Below are positions 47,870-57,089 of a stretch of 64,000 bases of DNA, piece by piece. Below the pieces are notes generated by a model. The model did not search any database, was not told the origin of the DNA, and saw only the letters and a list, made by a program, of their open reading frames with translations. Where the stretch lies: NCBI GenBank assembly GCA_964477095.1, contig CAYZDA010000002.1:42259-106258 (forward strand). Reading direction: 5' to 3'. A program made the translations under genes and the position numbers. This stretch comes from an uncultured Bacteroidales bacterium (GTDB lineage Bacteria > Bacteroidota > Bacteroidia > Bacteroidales > PWNQ01). How positions within the stretch are numbered: position 1 is the stretch's first letter; the number at the start of each line of letters is the position of its first letter.

Positions 47870-48303
47870 GATGCTACCTCCTCTTTATATATTACCAGCC
47901 CAAGGAAAATGGTGAGCAGTGCTGCAGCCACTTCCACACCAATAAAAATATTGTAGAGTGGAATCAAACCTGCGCTGATTAGTTCTCCCACCGCCCCTTT
48001 GGGCAAATAGTTATTAAAAAACACATAGGAACCATAGAACAGACCTCCCAAAGCCAAAAGAACTACTACGAAAAGGGCCATGCTTTCGGTAATTGATGAC
48101 TGCATCTCCTCCTGATGCAAATTAACCACCTCACTGCCAAAAGCGAGAATCAACAAAATAAAGGATCCGGCAATAATTGCACCCCCGGCAAAACCCCCAC
48201 CGGGAGTAAGATGACCATGGGTGATGATATATACGCCATATATAAATATCACGCTGCCTAGCAGTTGTGCTACTTTCTTTACTATTTCAGTCATTCCGGT
48301 CAT
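47866..48303 (-). CDS. MrpB-like subunit (MbhF-like)
   Basis: 145 aa. ...HGHLTPGGGFAGGAI... is the MnhB-domain signature. Confidence 0.8.
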   Translation of the reverse strand: MTGMTEIVKKVAQLLGSVIFIYGVYIITHGHLTPGGGFAGGAIIAGSFILLILAFGSEVVNLHQEEMQSSITESMALFVVVLLALGGLFYGSYVFFNNYLPKGAVGELISAGLIPLYNIFIGVEVAAALLTIFLGLVIYKEEVAS

Positions 48304-48839
48304 GATGCTTTTTCTTTTTTGCTTTTTGAACGTAAAACAGTCATTACTCCCAGTGCTGCAGTAAACAATATGGTAGCTTCGCCAAGGGTATCATACCCTC
48401 TGAAGTCAAAAAGAACTCCTGTAACCAGATTGGCACTGCCTGTTTGTGAAGCACCATCACTAATATAAAACTCTGACATGCGGATGGTGGAAGACCCGAA
48501 AGGATCAAGAGAACCGGCGAAGGAGGCAAATATCCACCCCAGTAATCCTACAATGACCAGTGAGCTTATGATATTAAGGACTTTGTTTGCATTCCATGCG
48601 TCTTTTATTTCCTGCCGGCTGGAATTAAGAACAACTGCTACCATTATAACCAGTGTAATGGTTTCTATGACGATCTGAACAATAGCCAGATCCGGTGCAC
48701 TCAGGAAGAGAAAACAGATAACCAGGCTGTAACCCACTATACCCTGCGCAATGAGCGCCGACAGCAGATCATGAGCATGCAGCGCATATAAGGCTCCGAT
48801 GATCATAAATCCGATTAATATTGAAAGCAATGTTTCCAT
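48300..48839 (-). CDS. MbhD/MbhE-like (DUF4040, MrpA C-terminal-like) subunit
   Basis: The ORF opens at 48968, but that would overlap the upstream gene. The ATG at 48839 gives METLLSILIGFMIIGAL..APDLAIVQIVIETI.., matching DUF4040. ...VTGVLFDFRGYDTLGEATILF is also typical. Confidence 0.65.
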   Translation of the reverse strand: METLLSILIGFMIIGALYALHAHDLLSALIAQGIVGYSLVICFLFLSAPDLAIVQIVIETITLVIMVAVVLNSSRQEIKDAWNANKVLNIISSLVIVGLLGWIFASFAGSLDPFGSSTIRMSEFYISDGASQTGSANLVTGVLFDFRGYDTLGEATILFTAALGVMTVLRSKSKKEKAS

Positions 48840-48850
48840 ATCTTGTTTTT

Positions 48851-50704
48851 TTACAGTAACATGAGAATTAACAGAATTACGAAGCCTCCGTAAATCCAGA
48901 ATGCATATCGATTGAGCACCCCTGTATGGAAAAAACTGAAGACTTTGCTCAATCCCAGTACAACCCATTTGAAGAGATCATACAAATCGAAATATTTCCT
49001 TTCAGCCCAGCTATATACCGTTGACAATACCGGCGCAGTGGTCAGGGTAGTATAAAATCCGGTTACCGGGTAATCATGGTGATCACCTACCTTTTCACCA
49101 CCTACAAATGAATCAGCTCTACGCATTTTTTTGAAGCTTCCCAGCCAGTAGATAAGCAGTCCGATGGCCACAGAAGCAAGTACCAGCCAGGCAAGCAGCG
49201 ACGAATCCCAGATTCCTGTAAAGCTGAATTCACCGCTAACCGGCATAAATAGTTCTTTTACAATATATTTTGTTGAAAAAGCTCCGAACCATATACAGAT
49301 TACAGCAAGCATAGCCACAGGTATCCACTGAACCACGGCTATTTCCTTCACTTTATCATAGATTTCTTTCCTGCTACCCAGGAAAATTCCGGCTATGAAC
49401 TTTATGAAACTGGCCAGAGTTAGGGCTGAGCCGAAAACCGCCAGGGCCAGCCAGACTATCCACAGTTCACTGGCAATACCTGCCTGATTGCCGAAATCTA
49501 TTATACCCTGATAGATCATCCATTTTGAGGCAAAGCCATTTAAAGGCGGGATACCTGAAATTGAAAGCGCAAATATCAGTGCGGTAGTAAAGGTAACGGG
49601 CATGGCCCGGGCCAGGCCTCCTGTTTTATCCAGCTCTGCTGTTCCTGTTTTCCTTTCCACGCTTGTAGCTGTTAAAAACAAGCCACCTTTATATACGGCA
49701 TTGTTAAACATATGGAATAAGCCTGCTGCAATTCCCAGTGGCGAGCCTAAGGATATTCCTACTACCATGTATCCCACCTGTGAAACAGCATGATATCCAA
49801 GCAACTTTTTGTAATTATGCTGCACCAGCGCCATCATCACAGCAAAAATAATGGTCATTACACCTATCAGGAGTAAAATGAAGGTGAGCCATTCTCCCAG
49901 AATGAATATCCTGCTGCAGAGCAAGGTCAGAAAGTATATTCCTATTAATTTGTCAAATGATGCAGGCATAAAAGCTGAGCTAATGCCATGAGCTTTTTTT
50001 GTAAAATTGATGATCCAGGTATGGAAAGGAAAAGCACCAGCTTTGGTGAAGGCGCCCACAGCCAGCAATATAAAAGATGTAATTGCAGCACCGCTGTTAG
50101 TAGCCAGCGATAATTCACTTATGTTTAATGTACCGGCAATATTCCATATCAGCCCAATGCCAATAATCATGATAGCATCTGATGAGCCTACCATGATCAG
50201 GGTTTTCTTTGCAGCATCTGAACTATCTTCATCATGCTGAGAAATAAGCATAAACAGGGTATAGCCCAATACTCCCCAGAAGAACAGGAAAAGCAGCAGG
50301 TTATCAGCCAGAATTGTACCTGCTGAACATCCCAGGGTGATTAAAAACCAGGCATAAAAATTAGATGGGAAAGCTTCATTTTTCTCTTTATAAAGCGAAT
50401 AAAGGTTGATCAGTGGTGCAAGAACTGCCAGAAAAAGCATAATCAGGCGGCTGAGCGGATTAATATTTAACTGGCTGAATTTCCCGGTCAAGTGTGCAAA
50501 TGAAGCCGTGATTCCTGAGTCGCCGAATCCGCTTAACAGATGGAACAGCTTGTCAGGAGCAGCAAACAGTTTTACTGCAAACCAGGTAAAAACCACGGTT
50601 ATGATCAGTGAAATAATGCCACTGGCAATACGTCCCGGGATCAGGAATAAAAGCATCCCGGCCACAACGGGAAGCAAAATCAATATGCTAATGTCGTTTA
50701 TCAT
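48851..50704 (-). CDS. antiporter-like subunit, MrpA/NuoL type
   Basis: 617 aa polytopic protein. ...FPFHTWI..., ...LLGYHAVSQVGYMVVG... and ...HMFNNAVYKGGLFL are NuoL/MnhA hallmarks. Confidence 0.85.
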   Translation of the reverse strand: MINDISILILLPVVAGMLLFLIPGRIASGIISLIITVVFTWFAVKLFAAPDKLFHLLSGFGDSGITASFAHLTGKFSQLNINPLSRLIMLFLAVLAPLINLYSLYKEKNEAFPSNFYAWFLITLGCSAGTILADNLLLFLFFWGVLGYTLFMLISQHDEDSSDAAKKTLIMVGSSDAIMIIGIGLIWNIAGTLNISELSLATNSGAAITSFILLAVGAFTKAGAFPFHTWIINFTKKAHGISSAFMPASFDKLIGIYFLTLLCSRIFILGEWLTFILLLIGVMTIIFAVMMALVQHNYKKLLGYHAVSQVGYMVVGISLGSPLGIAAGLFHMFNNAVYKGGLFLTATSVERKTGTAELDKTGGLARAMPVTFTTALIFALSISGIPPLNGFASKWMIYQGIIDFGNQAGIASELWIVWLALAVFGSALTLASFIKFIAGIFLGSRKEIYDKVKEIAVVQWIPVAMLAVICIWFGAFSTKYIVKELFMPVSGEFSFTGIWDSSLLAWLVLASVAIGLLIYWLGSFKKMRRADSFVGGEKVGDHHDYPVTGFYTTLTTAPVLSTVYSWAERKYFDLYDLFKWVVLGLSKVFSFFHTGVLNRYAFWIYGGFVILLILMLL

Positions 50705-51897
50705 ATGAGCTGTTTCTTTAGTTCTTTGGTTTTTGCGCGGGAAAGCTTAATAAGCTGTTCGCCATCCAGTATTTTCTTGCGTGAGCCGGCATCATAAGCT
50801 ACAGCCAGTCGCTCGGTGCAGCAATAGCATGGATCCACGGCAGCCAGTGAAATAGCTGCATCAGATATTGTTTGCCCCACACAGGACTTTTTGAAAGTTG
50901 CTATATTCACATAACTGGGTGCTCTTATCTTGTGGCGGACAGGCGTATTTGTGCCGTCCGTCCGCACATAATGAAATACCTCACCGCGAGGTGCCTCCGC
51001 ATGGCCGAATCCCTCACCTTCCGGTATCTCCCACACCTTATTAAAAATATTTCCTTCGGGAAGCTTCTCCATTTTATCCAGGCATTGCTCTATAATCTTG
51101 ATTGACTCATACATCTCCAGCAGCCGTACTTCTGCCTTGGCAAACACATCGCCTTGTTCAGCAGTTATCACCTTCCAGTCCACCATATCATAAGCTGCAT
51201 AGGGATCATCCATGCGAACATCAATTGCTACTCCTGAAGCCCTTGCCGTCGGACCAACTGCGGCATAGTCAACAACATCCTCACGGCTCATCACACCTAC
51301 ATTTTTGGTGCGAGCATGAATAACCGGATCATCCATCACAGCACCTGTAAGCAGATCCACTTTTTTCTTTAGTTTTGATAGCTCCTTACGAATAGTGCTG
51401 AATTTCGACTGTTCGATATCCCGTCTTACTCCCCCGATCCTGAACATGGCATAGCTGTTACGGTTTCCTGTTATCATTTCGAAAAGATCAAGTACCGGTT
51501 CCCGGTATTTCCACCCCCACATAAAAACAGTATCATAACCCAGGAAGTGACCGGCCAGCCCAACCCACAGCAAATGGCTGTGCAGGCGTTCGAGTTCTCC
51601 TATAATGGATCTGATATATTTGGCGCGGTCAGATACATCCACTTTCCCGATTTCTTCCATGCAATTGGCAAAAGCAAATGGATGAGAAGTGGAGCAGATA
51701 CCGCAAATCCTTTCCACCAGGAAAAACACCTGCTCAAAAGACTTCTGTTCAGCCAGTTTTTCAATCCCACGATGGTTGTAGCCCGTTTCCCATTCCACAT
51801 CCACCACCTTTTCACCTTCACAGTAGAGCTTGAAATACTCAGGCTCTTCCTGAAGCGGATGATAGGGTCCTATGGGTATGATCTTTCGTTTTTTCAT
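50701..51897 (-). CDS. group 4 [NiFe]-hydrogenase large subunit (MbhL/EchE/HycE-like, NuoD fold)
   Basis: Both Ni-binding Cys pairs are present: RICGICSTSH (N-terminal) and DPCYCCTER (C-terminal). A 35-residue tail follows, a potential HycI cleavage substrate. Confidence 0.9.
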   Translation of the reverse strand: MKKRKIIPIGPYHPLQEEPEYFKLYCEGEKVVDVEWETGYNHRGIEKLAEQKSFEQVFFLVERICGICSTSHPFAFANCMEEIGKVDVSDRAKYIRSIIGELERLHSHLLWVGLAGHFLGYDTVFMWGWKYREPVLDLFEMITGNRNSYAMFRIGGVRRDIEQSKFSTIRKELSKLKKKVDLLTGAVMDDPVIHARTKNVGVMSREDVVDYAAVGPTARASGVAIDVRMDDPYAAYDMVDWKVITAEQGDVFAKAEVRLLEMYESIKIIEQCLDKMEKLPEGNIFNKVWEIPEGEGFGHAEAPRGEVFHYVRTDGTNTPVRHKIRAPSYVNIATFKKSCVGQTISDAAISLAAVDPCYCCTERLAVAYDAGSRKKILDGEQLIKLSRAKTKELKKQLI

Positions 51898-51899
51898 CT

Positions 51900-52355
51900 T
51901 TAAAACTTTTTTCTGTAAGGATAAACACCCTGTTCCCAGTTTCCATCAGAAAACAGAGGGATCAGGTTGGGATGGCCTTCGAATTTCACTCCAAGTATTT
52001 CGTGGATTTCCCTTTCAATCCATTCTGCTGCGCTAAACAAATCAGTAAGGGATTTCACTTTAGGATCCTCCTGATGCAGTGTGACATGTAAGTTCACTAT
52101 GTCTCCGCTACTATCGTCGCTAAAATGATAGAATATCTCGATGCCATTTTCAGAGTGCAGCCCAGTGCCTATAATAAAACGGAATCTGAGGTCGCGATAG
52201 AAATATGAAGCTATTTGGTATAAAGCTTCCGGATTCACATAAAAAGTCACACGTCGCTGATCTGTCTGTTTTGTTTCCAGCAGCTCATCAGCGAATCTGT
52301 CCTTTACTAACTTTATGATTGCTTTGTCACTCATATTTTCAGATGGTTTCAGCAA
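51900..52355 (-). CDS. NuoC/MbhK-like subunit
   Basis: 151 aa. ...SLTDLFSAAEWIEREIHEILGVKFEGHP is the 30-kDa (NuoC) family motif. Confidence 0.85.
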   Translation of the reverse strand: MLKPSENMSDKAIIKLVKDRFADELLETKQTDQRRVTFYVNPEALYQIASYFYRDLRFRFIIGTGLHSENGIEIFYHFSDDSSGDIVNLHVTLHQEDPKVKSLTDLFSAAEWIEREIHEILGVKFEGHPNLIPLFSDGNWEQGVYPYRKKF

Positions 52356-52752
52356 GCTTCATTAAAGCCGATAACATAGCCTCGGGTTTTGGCGGGCAGC
52401 CCGGGATATAAGCATCCACGGGAATAATTTTGTCCACGGGCCCGGCAAAGGTATTTCCCTCGGCAAAGATGCCACCCGTGCATCCACAGGCTCCAAAGGC
52501 AACCACGAACACAGGTTTGGCTGTCTGCGCGTAAACCTCCAGCAGACGTGGCTTATCCCGCTTGTTGATGGACCCGTTGACCAGCAGCACATCTGCATGT
52601 CGTGGACTGCCGACCAGCTTCATTCCAAAGCGTTCCACATCATAGCGGGGCGTCAGGCAATCCAGTATTTCGATGTCACAGTTATTGCAGGAGGCTCCGC
52701 CAAAATGGAATACCCAAAGTGATTTTTTCAGACAAAATGATTTTAGTCCCAC
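52339..52752 (-). CDS. [NiFe]-hydrogenase small subunit, NuoB/MbhJ-like
   Basis: Cys ligands of the proximal [4Fe-4S]: GGASCNNCDIE, GACGCTGG and PGCPP. GTG start. Confidence 0.85.
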   Translation of the reverse strand: MGLKSFCLKKSLWVFHFGGASCNNCDIEILDCLTPRYDVERFGMKLVGSPRHADVLLVNGSINKRDKPRLLEVYAQTAKPVFVVAFGACGCTGGIFAEGNTFAGPVDKIIPVDAYIPGCPPKPEAMLSALMKLAETI

Positions 52753-52762
52753 GGCATTAGTT

Positions 52763-53695
52763 TTAAATTCCTAAATAATCCAGCATCAGTCCTGCTATTA
52801 CAAACAGGTTCATCCAGATGAGGAAGAACCGCATGGCCTGTCCGATTTTCAAACGCGGATTGGTATTGCGAATCAGAACCATCAGAATCAGCACCGCCAA
52901 TATTTTCAGTATGGACCACAGTATGTCAAATCCGGCAAAGCGGAGCCCCCCGAAAAATACCTCGGCAGCAAAAACCGGCAGGATAAACAGCAGGATATAT
53001 TTGGTGTATTTGATAATTGCATATGCTGACCCGGAATATTCCATAAACACCCCCTCAGCTATTTCAGTCTCCGCTTCTGCCAGGTCAAAAGGCACAAAGC
53101 CTGCTTTAGCCTGAAGGGTAAACAACAGTGCGATAAACATTAAAACTCCGGACACACTACCGATAAAAGCACCCTGGCTTTGCTGTAGTTGCATAATAGT
53201 ATCAAGACTGATGCTGTTACCTGCTTTCAGGATAACTCCCGCGATTACCAGCAGGAATGTGAGTTCGTAGCTTAATACTAACTTGATTTCACGCGAAGCA
53301 CCCACAGCCGACAGTGGATTTCCTGAGGCAAGAGCACCAGCAATAAACATAAGAGACGGGATCACTAATAGATAGAACAGCACTAGGATGTCACCATGAA
53401 AGCCGGAAGAGATACCCAGGGCCGGCAACAGTATGACAACCGCAGCAGCCGAGGCACCAAATAAGCTTAAAACGGGTGCAAGCAGGAAAAAAACTGCAGA
53501 CCCTTTTTTGGGCAGGATGGTTTCCTTTACCAAAAGTAATTTCAAAAAGTCATAGAATGGCTGCAACAATGGCGGTCCTTTTCTGAACTGCACACGCGCT
53601 GTGACCTTACGATCGGCCCAGGCAAATAAGCCACCTACAATACCGGCAAACAGCATTCCGGGATAAATAAAAAAGTAGAATAAGTTTTCAAGCAT
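52763..53695 (-). CDS. NuoH/MbhM/HycD-like membrane subunit
   Basis: 310 aa, 8 TM. ...RKVTARVQFRKGPP..., FDLAEAETEI and EYSG are NuoH-family motifs. Confidence 0.85.
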   Translation of the reverse strand: MLENLFYFFIYPGMLFAGIVGGLFAWADRKVTARVQFRKGPPLLQPFYDFLKLLLVKETILPKKGSAVFFLLAPVLSLFGASAAAVVILLPALGISSGFHGDILVLFYLLVIPSLMFIAGALASGNPLSAVGASREIKLVLSYELTFLLVIAGVILKAGNSISLDTIMQLQQSQGAFIGSVSGVLMFIALLFTLQAKAGFVPFDLAEAETEIAEGVFMEYSGSAYAIIKYTKYILLFILPVFAAEVFFGGLRFAGFDILWSILKILAVLILMVLIRNTNPRLKIGQAMRFFLIWMNLFVIAGLMLDYLGI

Positions 53696-53696
53696 A

Positions 53697-54197
53697 TTAT
53701 CCTAAATTTTTCAGTTTCTCCCAGGAATGATCTCTTATCAGAATCCCGGGCATCAGTTCATACAGGTTTTTCTGGTCATCCGGTTCTTCGTCGGTAAACC
53801 GGACAGCACCGGACGGGCTGTTATTTATAAATTTCTCCAGCTCCTCACTGTCTTGCAGATCATAATACCATGTCCTGTCCCGCACGTATTCATAAAAATC
53901 GCTCATCATAGTACCAAATGGACAGGCAGCAACACATGATTTACAGGCAACGCAAAGATGGCTTGACCGGATTACCATTCCCTGTTCATCCTTTTTCAAT
54001 GCATCCTCCGGGCAAACATTCACACACGGGGCAACCTTACAGCGCCGGCAGGAATAAGCAAATACTGCCAATTCTCTAAGTGGTTTCAGCCCTCCATTCC
54101 CCTTGTAGTCACGAATAATTCCATCAGGAACTCTGTGGTCGCAGCCGCCCTCGGTACATGCGCGGTATTTCTCCAGATCGATGAGTATTTTTTTCAT
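53697..54197 (-). CDS. 4Fe-4S dicluster ferredoxin-like subunit (HycB/CooF-like)
   Basis: CRRCKVAPCVNVCP and CVACKSCVAACP motifs. It abuts the nuoH-like gene. Confidence 0.8.
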   Translation of the reverse strand: MKKILIDLEKYRACTEGGCDHRVPDGIIRDYKGNGGLKPLRELAVFAYSCRRCKVAPCVNVCPEDALKKDEQGMVIRSSHLCVACKSCVAACPFGTMMSDFYEYVRDRTWYYDLQDSEELEKFINNSPSGAVRFTDEEPDDQKNLYELMPGILIRDHSWEKLKNLG

Positions 54198-54207
54198 CTG
54201 TTAATAA

Positions 54208-54272
54208 TTTTGATTTCAGCGGTTCCCGCTAACGGCGGGATCTATTCCCGTCATTTATGCGGGGGAACTCGC
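54208..54272 (-). repeat. GC-rich structured intergenic element, copy B (internal gap of the hydrogenase cluster)
   Basis: Same 16-mer and GC blocks as copy A, with about 20 extra nt. Local hairpins are TCCCGC-cgtta-GCGGGA and TTCCC...GGGAA (minus-strand sense). It ends 10 nt before the ATG at 54197. Confidence 0.7.
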
Positions 54273-54360
54273 ATGTAGTATACCGCCTGAGGCGGATTAT
54301 GCCAGTTTCATTTCAGTATGAGTATCCTGTGGTTATATTTTAAATATCCACCAGTTTAAT

Positions 54361-55191
54361 CTACAACCAGATGTCAGGCTGATCTTTAATTTCTTCGTAG
54401 GTAAAAACAGGGCCGTCCTTGCACACAAAATACTTACCCATCATGCAGTGTCCGCATTTTCCCAGTCCGCACGACATGTTCTTTTCCATGGACAGGAATA
54501 TCCTGTTCTCAGAATAACCCATGTCCAGCAGCTTCTGCACCCCAAATTTCATCATGACAGGTGGCCCCACCACCACGGCTACAGAATCTTCAATTTTTAC
54601 GTTTATTTCATCCAGCAGACAGGTTACCACCCCCTCGGATTCAGTCCAGGTTTCATCGGCTTTATCTACGCTTCTGAGCACCTCAAACTTATCCACCAAC
54701 CGCAGGTGGTCGATATAACTTTTGTAGATACAGTCTTTTGGTGTTTTGGAGCCATAGCAGAAAACCATTCGTTTTATTTTGTCTTTTTCGGCTTCCAAAT
54801 TATAGATCAGCGAGCGAATTGGAGCAAAGCCGCAGCCACCGCCCAGTATCAGCACTTCCTTATCATACATTTCATCCAAAGGGTATCCCCTGCCGTATGG
54901 TCCGCGGATACCCAGTACTGTGCCCTCTTCCAGCTGGTGGATTTTATCAGTAACAAAACCGGCTTTCATAATGGTAACTTCCAGTTCATCATCGACCAAA
55001 GGCGAAGATGAAGGTGTAAACGGAGCTTCACCCACTCCCTCAAGGATCAGCTCAATAAATTGCCCGGTTTTAAAACTGAAATTGCGTTCGGGTTTTAAAA
55101 CAAAGGTTTTAATTGAGGGTGATTCCTCAATAACTTTTGTCAGGGTGGCCTTTACAGGTTTATACAAGTCAACTTCAGCAGTGGTAATCAT
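54361..55191 (-). CDS. FAD/NAD(P)-binding [2Fe-2S] oxidoreductase subunit (HydG / AsrB / PyrK-like)
   Basis: FNR-fold motifs: EAPFTPSS (RxYS-like), ILGGGCGFAPIRS (NAD(P)-binding) and a C-terminal CGLGKCGHCMMGKYFVCKDGPVF cluster. Confidence 0.8.
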   Translation of the reverse strand: MITTAEVDLYKPVKATLTKVIEESPSIKTFVLKPERNFSFKTGQFIELILEGVGEAPFTPSSSPLVDDELEVTIMKAGFVTDKIHQLEEGTVLGIRGPYGRGYPLDEMYDKEVLILGGGCGFAPIRSLIYNLEAEKDKIKRMVFCYGSKTPKDCIYKSYIDHLRLVDKFEVLRSVDKADETWTESEGVVTCLLDEINVKIEDSVAVVVGPPVMMKFGVQKLLDMGYSENRIFLSMEKNMSCGLGKCGHCMMGKYFVCKDGPVFTYEEIKDQPDIWL

Positions 55192-56198
55192 ACTTCCACA
55201 ATTTGGTTGTGAGTTAATTCCCTGAATAGTTCATTTTTATTTATCTCGCCGATGCATGCTTCAATGCAGCGCCCACATCCGGTGCATGCTTTGGATTCAA
55301 ATTTCAGTGGCTTCCACACATATTTGCACATATAACGGTTGCGAAAGCGCTTTTGCAATGGTCGCAGAGGGTCTTCCCCGGCAGCTACACGCTCAAAGCC
55401 AGGATACTGACAGGTGTCAATGCTTCTTACTTTCTCGAATTCCGGACGCTCGATAAACAGAAAACAGGAGCAGGTAGGACAAATGGCCGAACATGCGCCA
55501 CAGGAAACACAGTTTTCTGAATACTTTTTCCAGATATCCTTACCAGATGCCTCTATCAATGATCCTGTCTTCCTGTAATCGGGCAATTCACTGTTTTTAT
55601 CCTTAAGCTCTTTTACCACTTCTTCCCTAAGATTTTGGATTGCTTTTCTATCCTCACTGTTTATCGGATCATAAGTTCTGATGTGTTCTTTTATAAAATT
55701 GCCGCCCTTTTCTGTTTTTATTGTCAGAACTACCCTGTTGCCGATCTGATTAAGTACCAGATCAGCATTTTCTTCCACATAAGGTTTGAAGCCATAAGTT
55801 GTACAATGACAGTGTTCATTGGTGGAATGACAATCAGTACCTATTAAAATCGTATGATTTCTGTTCCGGCTATATGTGGGATCAATGTATTCCTTATCCA
55901 GATATATTTCATCCAGTATTGACAGAGCACTCAGATCGCAGGAGGGAACGCCCATAATAATCCTTTTTGATTTCCCATTATTCATAAAAAGGTTTTCCCT
56001 TATGGGCAAAAAAAGTGTTTTTAAAGGAGAAACTGGTTTGGGGCAGTTGTAAACGATACCATTTACATTTTCTTTCGTAATAACTGCATACTCAACTTGT
56101 TCATCATATAAACATGGTGCATATACCTGATAATACTGCAGAAGTCTAACCAGTAACGCGTTCCATTTTTCTTTTTCGAGAGTAAAGCCTGAGTCCAT
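55188..56198 (-). CDS. 4Fe-4S subunit (HydB / AsrA-like)
   Basis: CVSCGACSAICPTCSCF and CTGCGRCIEACIGEI motifs in a 336-aa protein. 4-nt overlap with the HydG-like gene. Confidence 0.8.
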   Translation of the reverse strand: MDSGFTLEKEKWNALLVRLLQYYQVYAPCLYDEQVEYAVITKENVNGIVYNCPKPVSPLKTLFLPIRENLFMNNGKSKRIIMGVPSCDLSALSILDEIYLDKEYIDPTYSRNRNHTILIGTDCHSTNEHCHCTTYGFKPYVEENADLVLNQIGNRVVLTIKTEKGGNFIKEHIRTYDPINSEDRKAIQNLREEVVKELKDKNSELPDYRKTGSLIEASGKDIWKKYSENCVSCGACSAICPTCSCFLFIERPEFEKVRSIDTCQYPGFERVAAGEDPLRPLQKRFRNRYMCKYVWKPLKFESKACTGCGRCIEACIGEINKNELFRELTHNQIVEV

Positions 56199-56210
56199 TA
56201 AAGTATATTA

Positions 56211-56228
56211 TTGTGATAGTTTTCACAA
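56211..56228. promoter_or_regulatory. Rex operator (ROP-like box)
   Basis: TTGTGATAGTTTTCACAA matches the TTGTGAAnnnnTTCACAA consensus at 13/14 specified positions. The extended palindrome is ATTGTGA-N6-TCACAAT. It lies 12 nt upstream of the ATG at 56198, in the rex-divergent intergenic region. Confidence 0.65.
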
Positions 56229-56472
56229 TTTAAAATTACTATAAATTACAGGTTAAGTCAAATTTATTCAGAACTTTTTATTAATTTTATAGGTTTTTTA
56301 ATTTAATCCAAATCTTCATAAGGCTTGAATGTGTTGCCAGCCGCCTAACCACGGGAAATTACTTGATTTCCACTTTTCTTTGCATTATCTTTAGCCTGAC
56401 TATACAATAAAAATACATTTTTTGAGAAAGAAATACTTTTAAACTTTGCCTTATTGCTACAACTCTATCAAC

Positions 56473-57087
56473 ATGGAATCGACTGCTTATACCAAACGGC
56501 TATTAACGTACCGCCTGAGCCTTTCACATTTAAAAGAGGTAGGGTTAACCGATGTTTTTTCATATCTGATAGCAAGTGAAACAGGATATAGCGCCGCGCT
56601 TATCCGCAAAGACCTTTCCCGCCTGAAAGCAAAAGGCAAGCGCCGCGGCGGCTACGAGATCGACACCATACTGGAAGCCATAAATGAACATTTCGGCCAG
56701 CAAAAAACCAACAAGGTTGTAATAGCAGGCATGGGCAATATCGGCAGCGCAATTGCCCGGTATAAAGATTTTAAGAAACGCAATATAAAGATAGTAGCTG
56801 CCTTTGATCTTGACCCTGCTAAACAGCGAAAAGGCTATAATATACCGGTCTTACCACTGACTAAATGCCATGATATAGCCAGGGAACACACCATAGATGC
56901 AGCGATCCTGGCGGTACCTGCTTTTTCGGCCCAGGCTGTGTGCGACCAGTTAATCCAGTGTGGAATCAGGGGGATTATGAATTTTGCACCTATAAATCTA
57001 AGAGTGCCCCAAAACGTGTATGTTTCGAATGTGAGGCTGAGTGATGAACTGCAACAGGTAATTTATCATGCTACCAAAGAAAACTGA
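56473..57087 (+). CDS. rex: redox-sensing transcriptional repressor Rex
   Basis: The winged-helix N-terminus (...RLLTYRLSLSHLKEVGLTDVFSYLIASETGYSAALIRKDLS) is followed by RRGGYEID and the Rossmann motif VVIAGMGNIGSAIARY. ATG at 56473 within ORF 56446..57087. Confidence 0.85.
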   Translation: MESTAYTKRLLTYRLSLSHLKEVGLTDVFSYLIASETGYSAALIRKDLSRLKAKGKRRGGYEIDTILEAINEHFGQQKTNKVVIAGMGNIGSAIARYKDFKKRNIKIVAAFDLDPAKQRKGYNIPVLPLTKCHDIAREHTIDAAILAVPAFSAQAVCDQLIQCGIRGIMNFAPINLRVPQNVYVSNVRLSDELQQVIYHATKEN

Positions 57088-57089
57088 TT

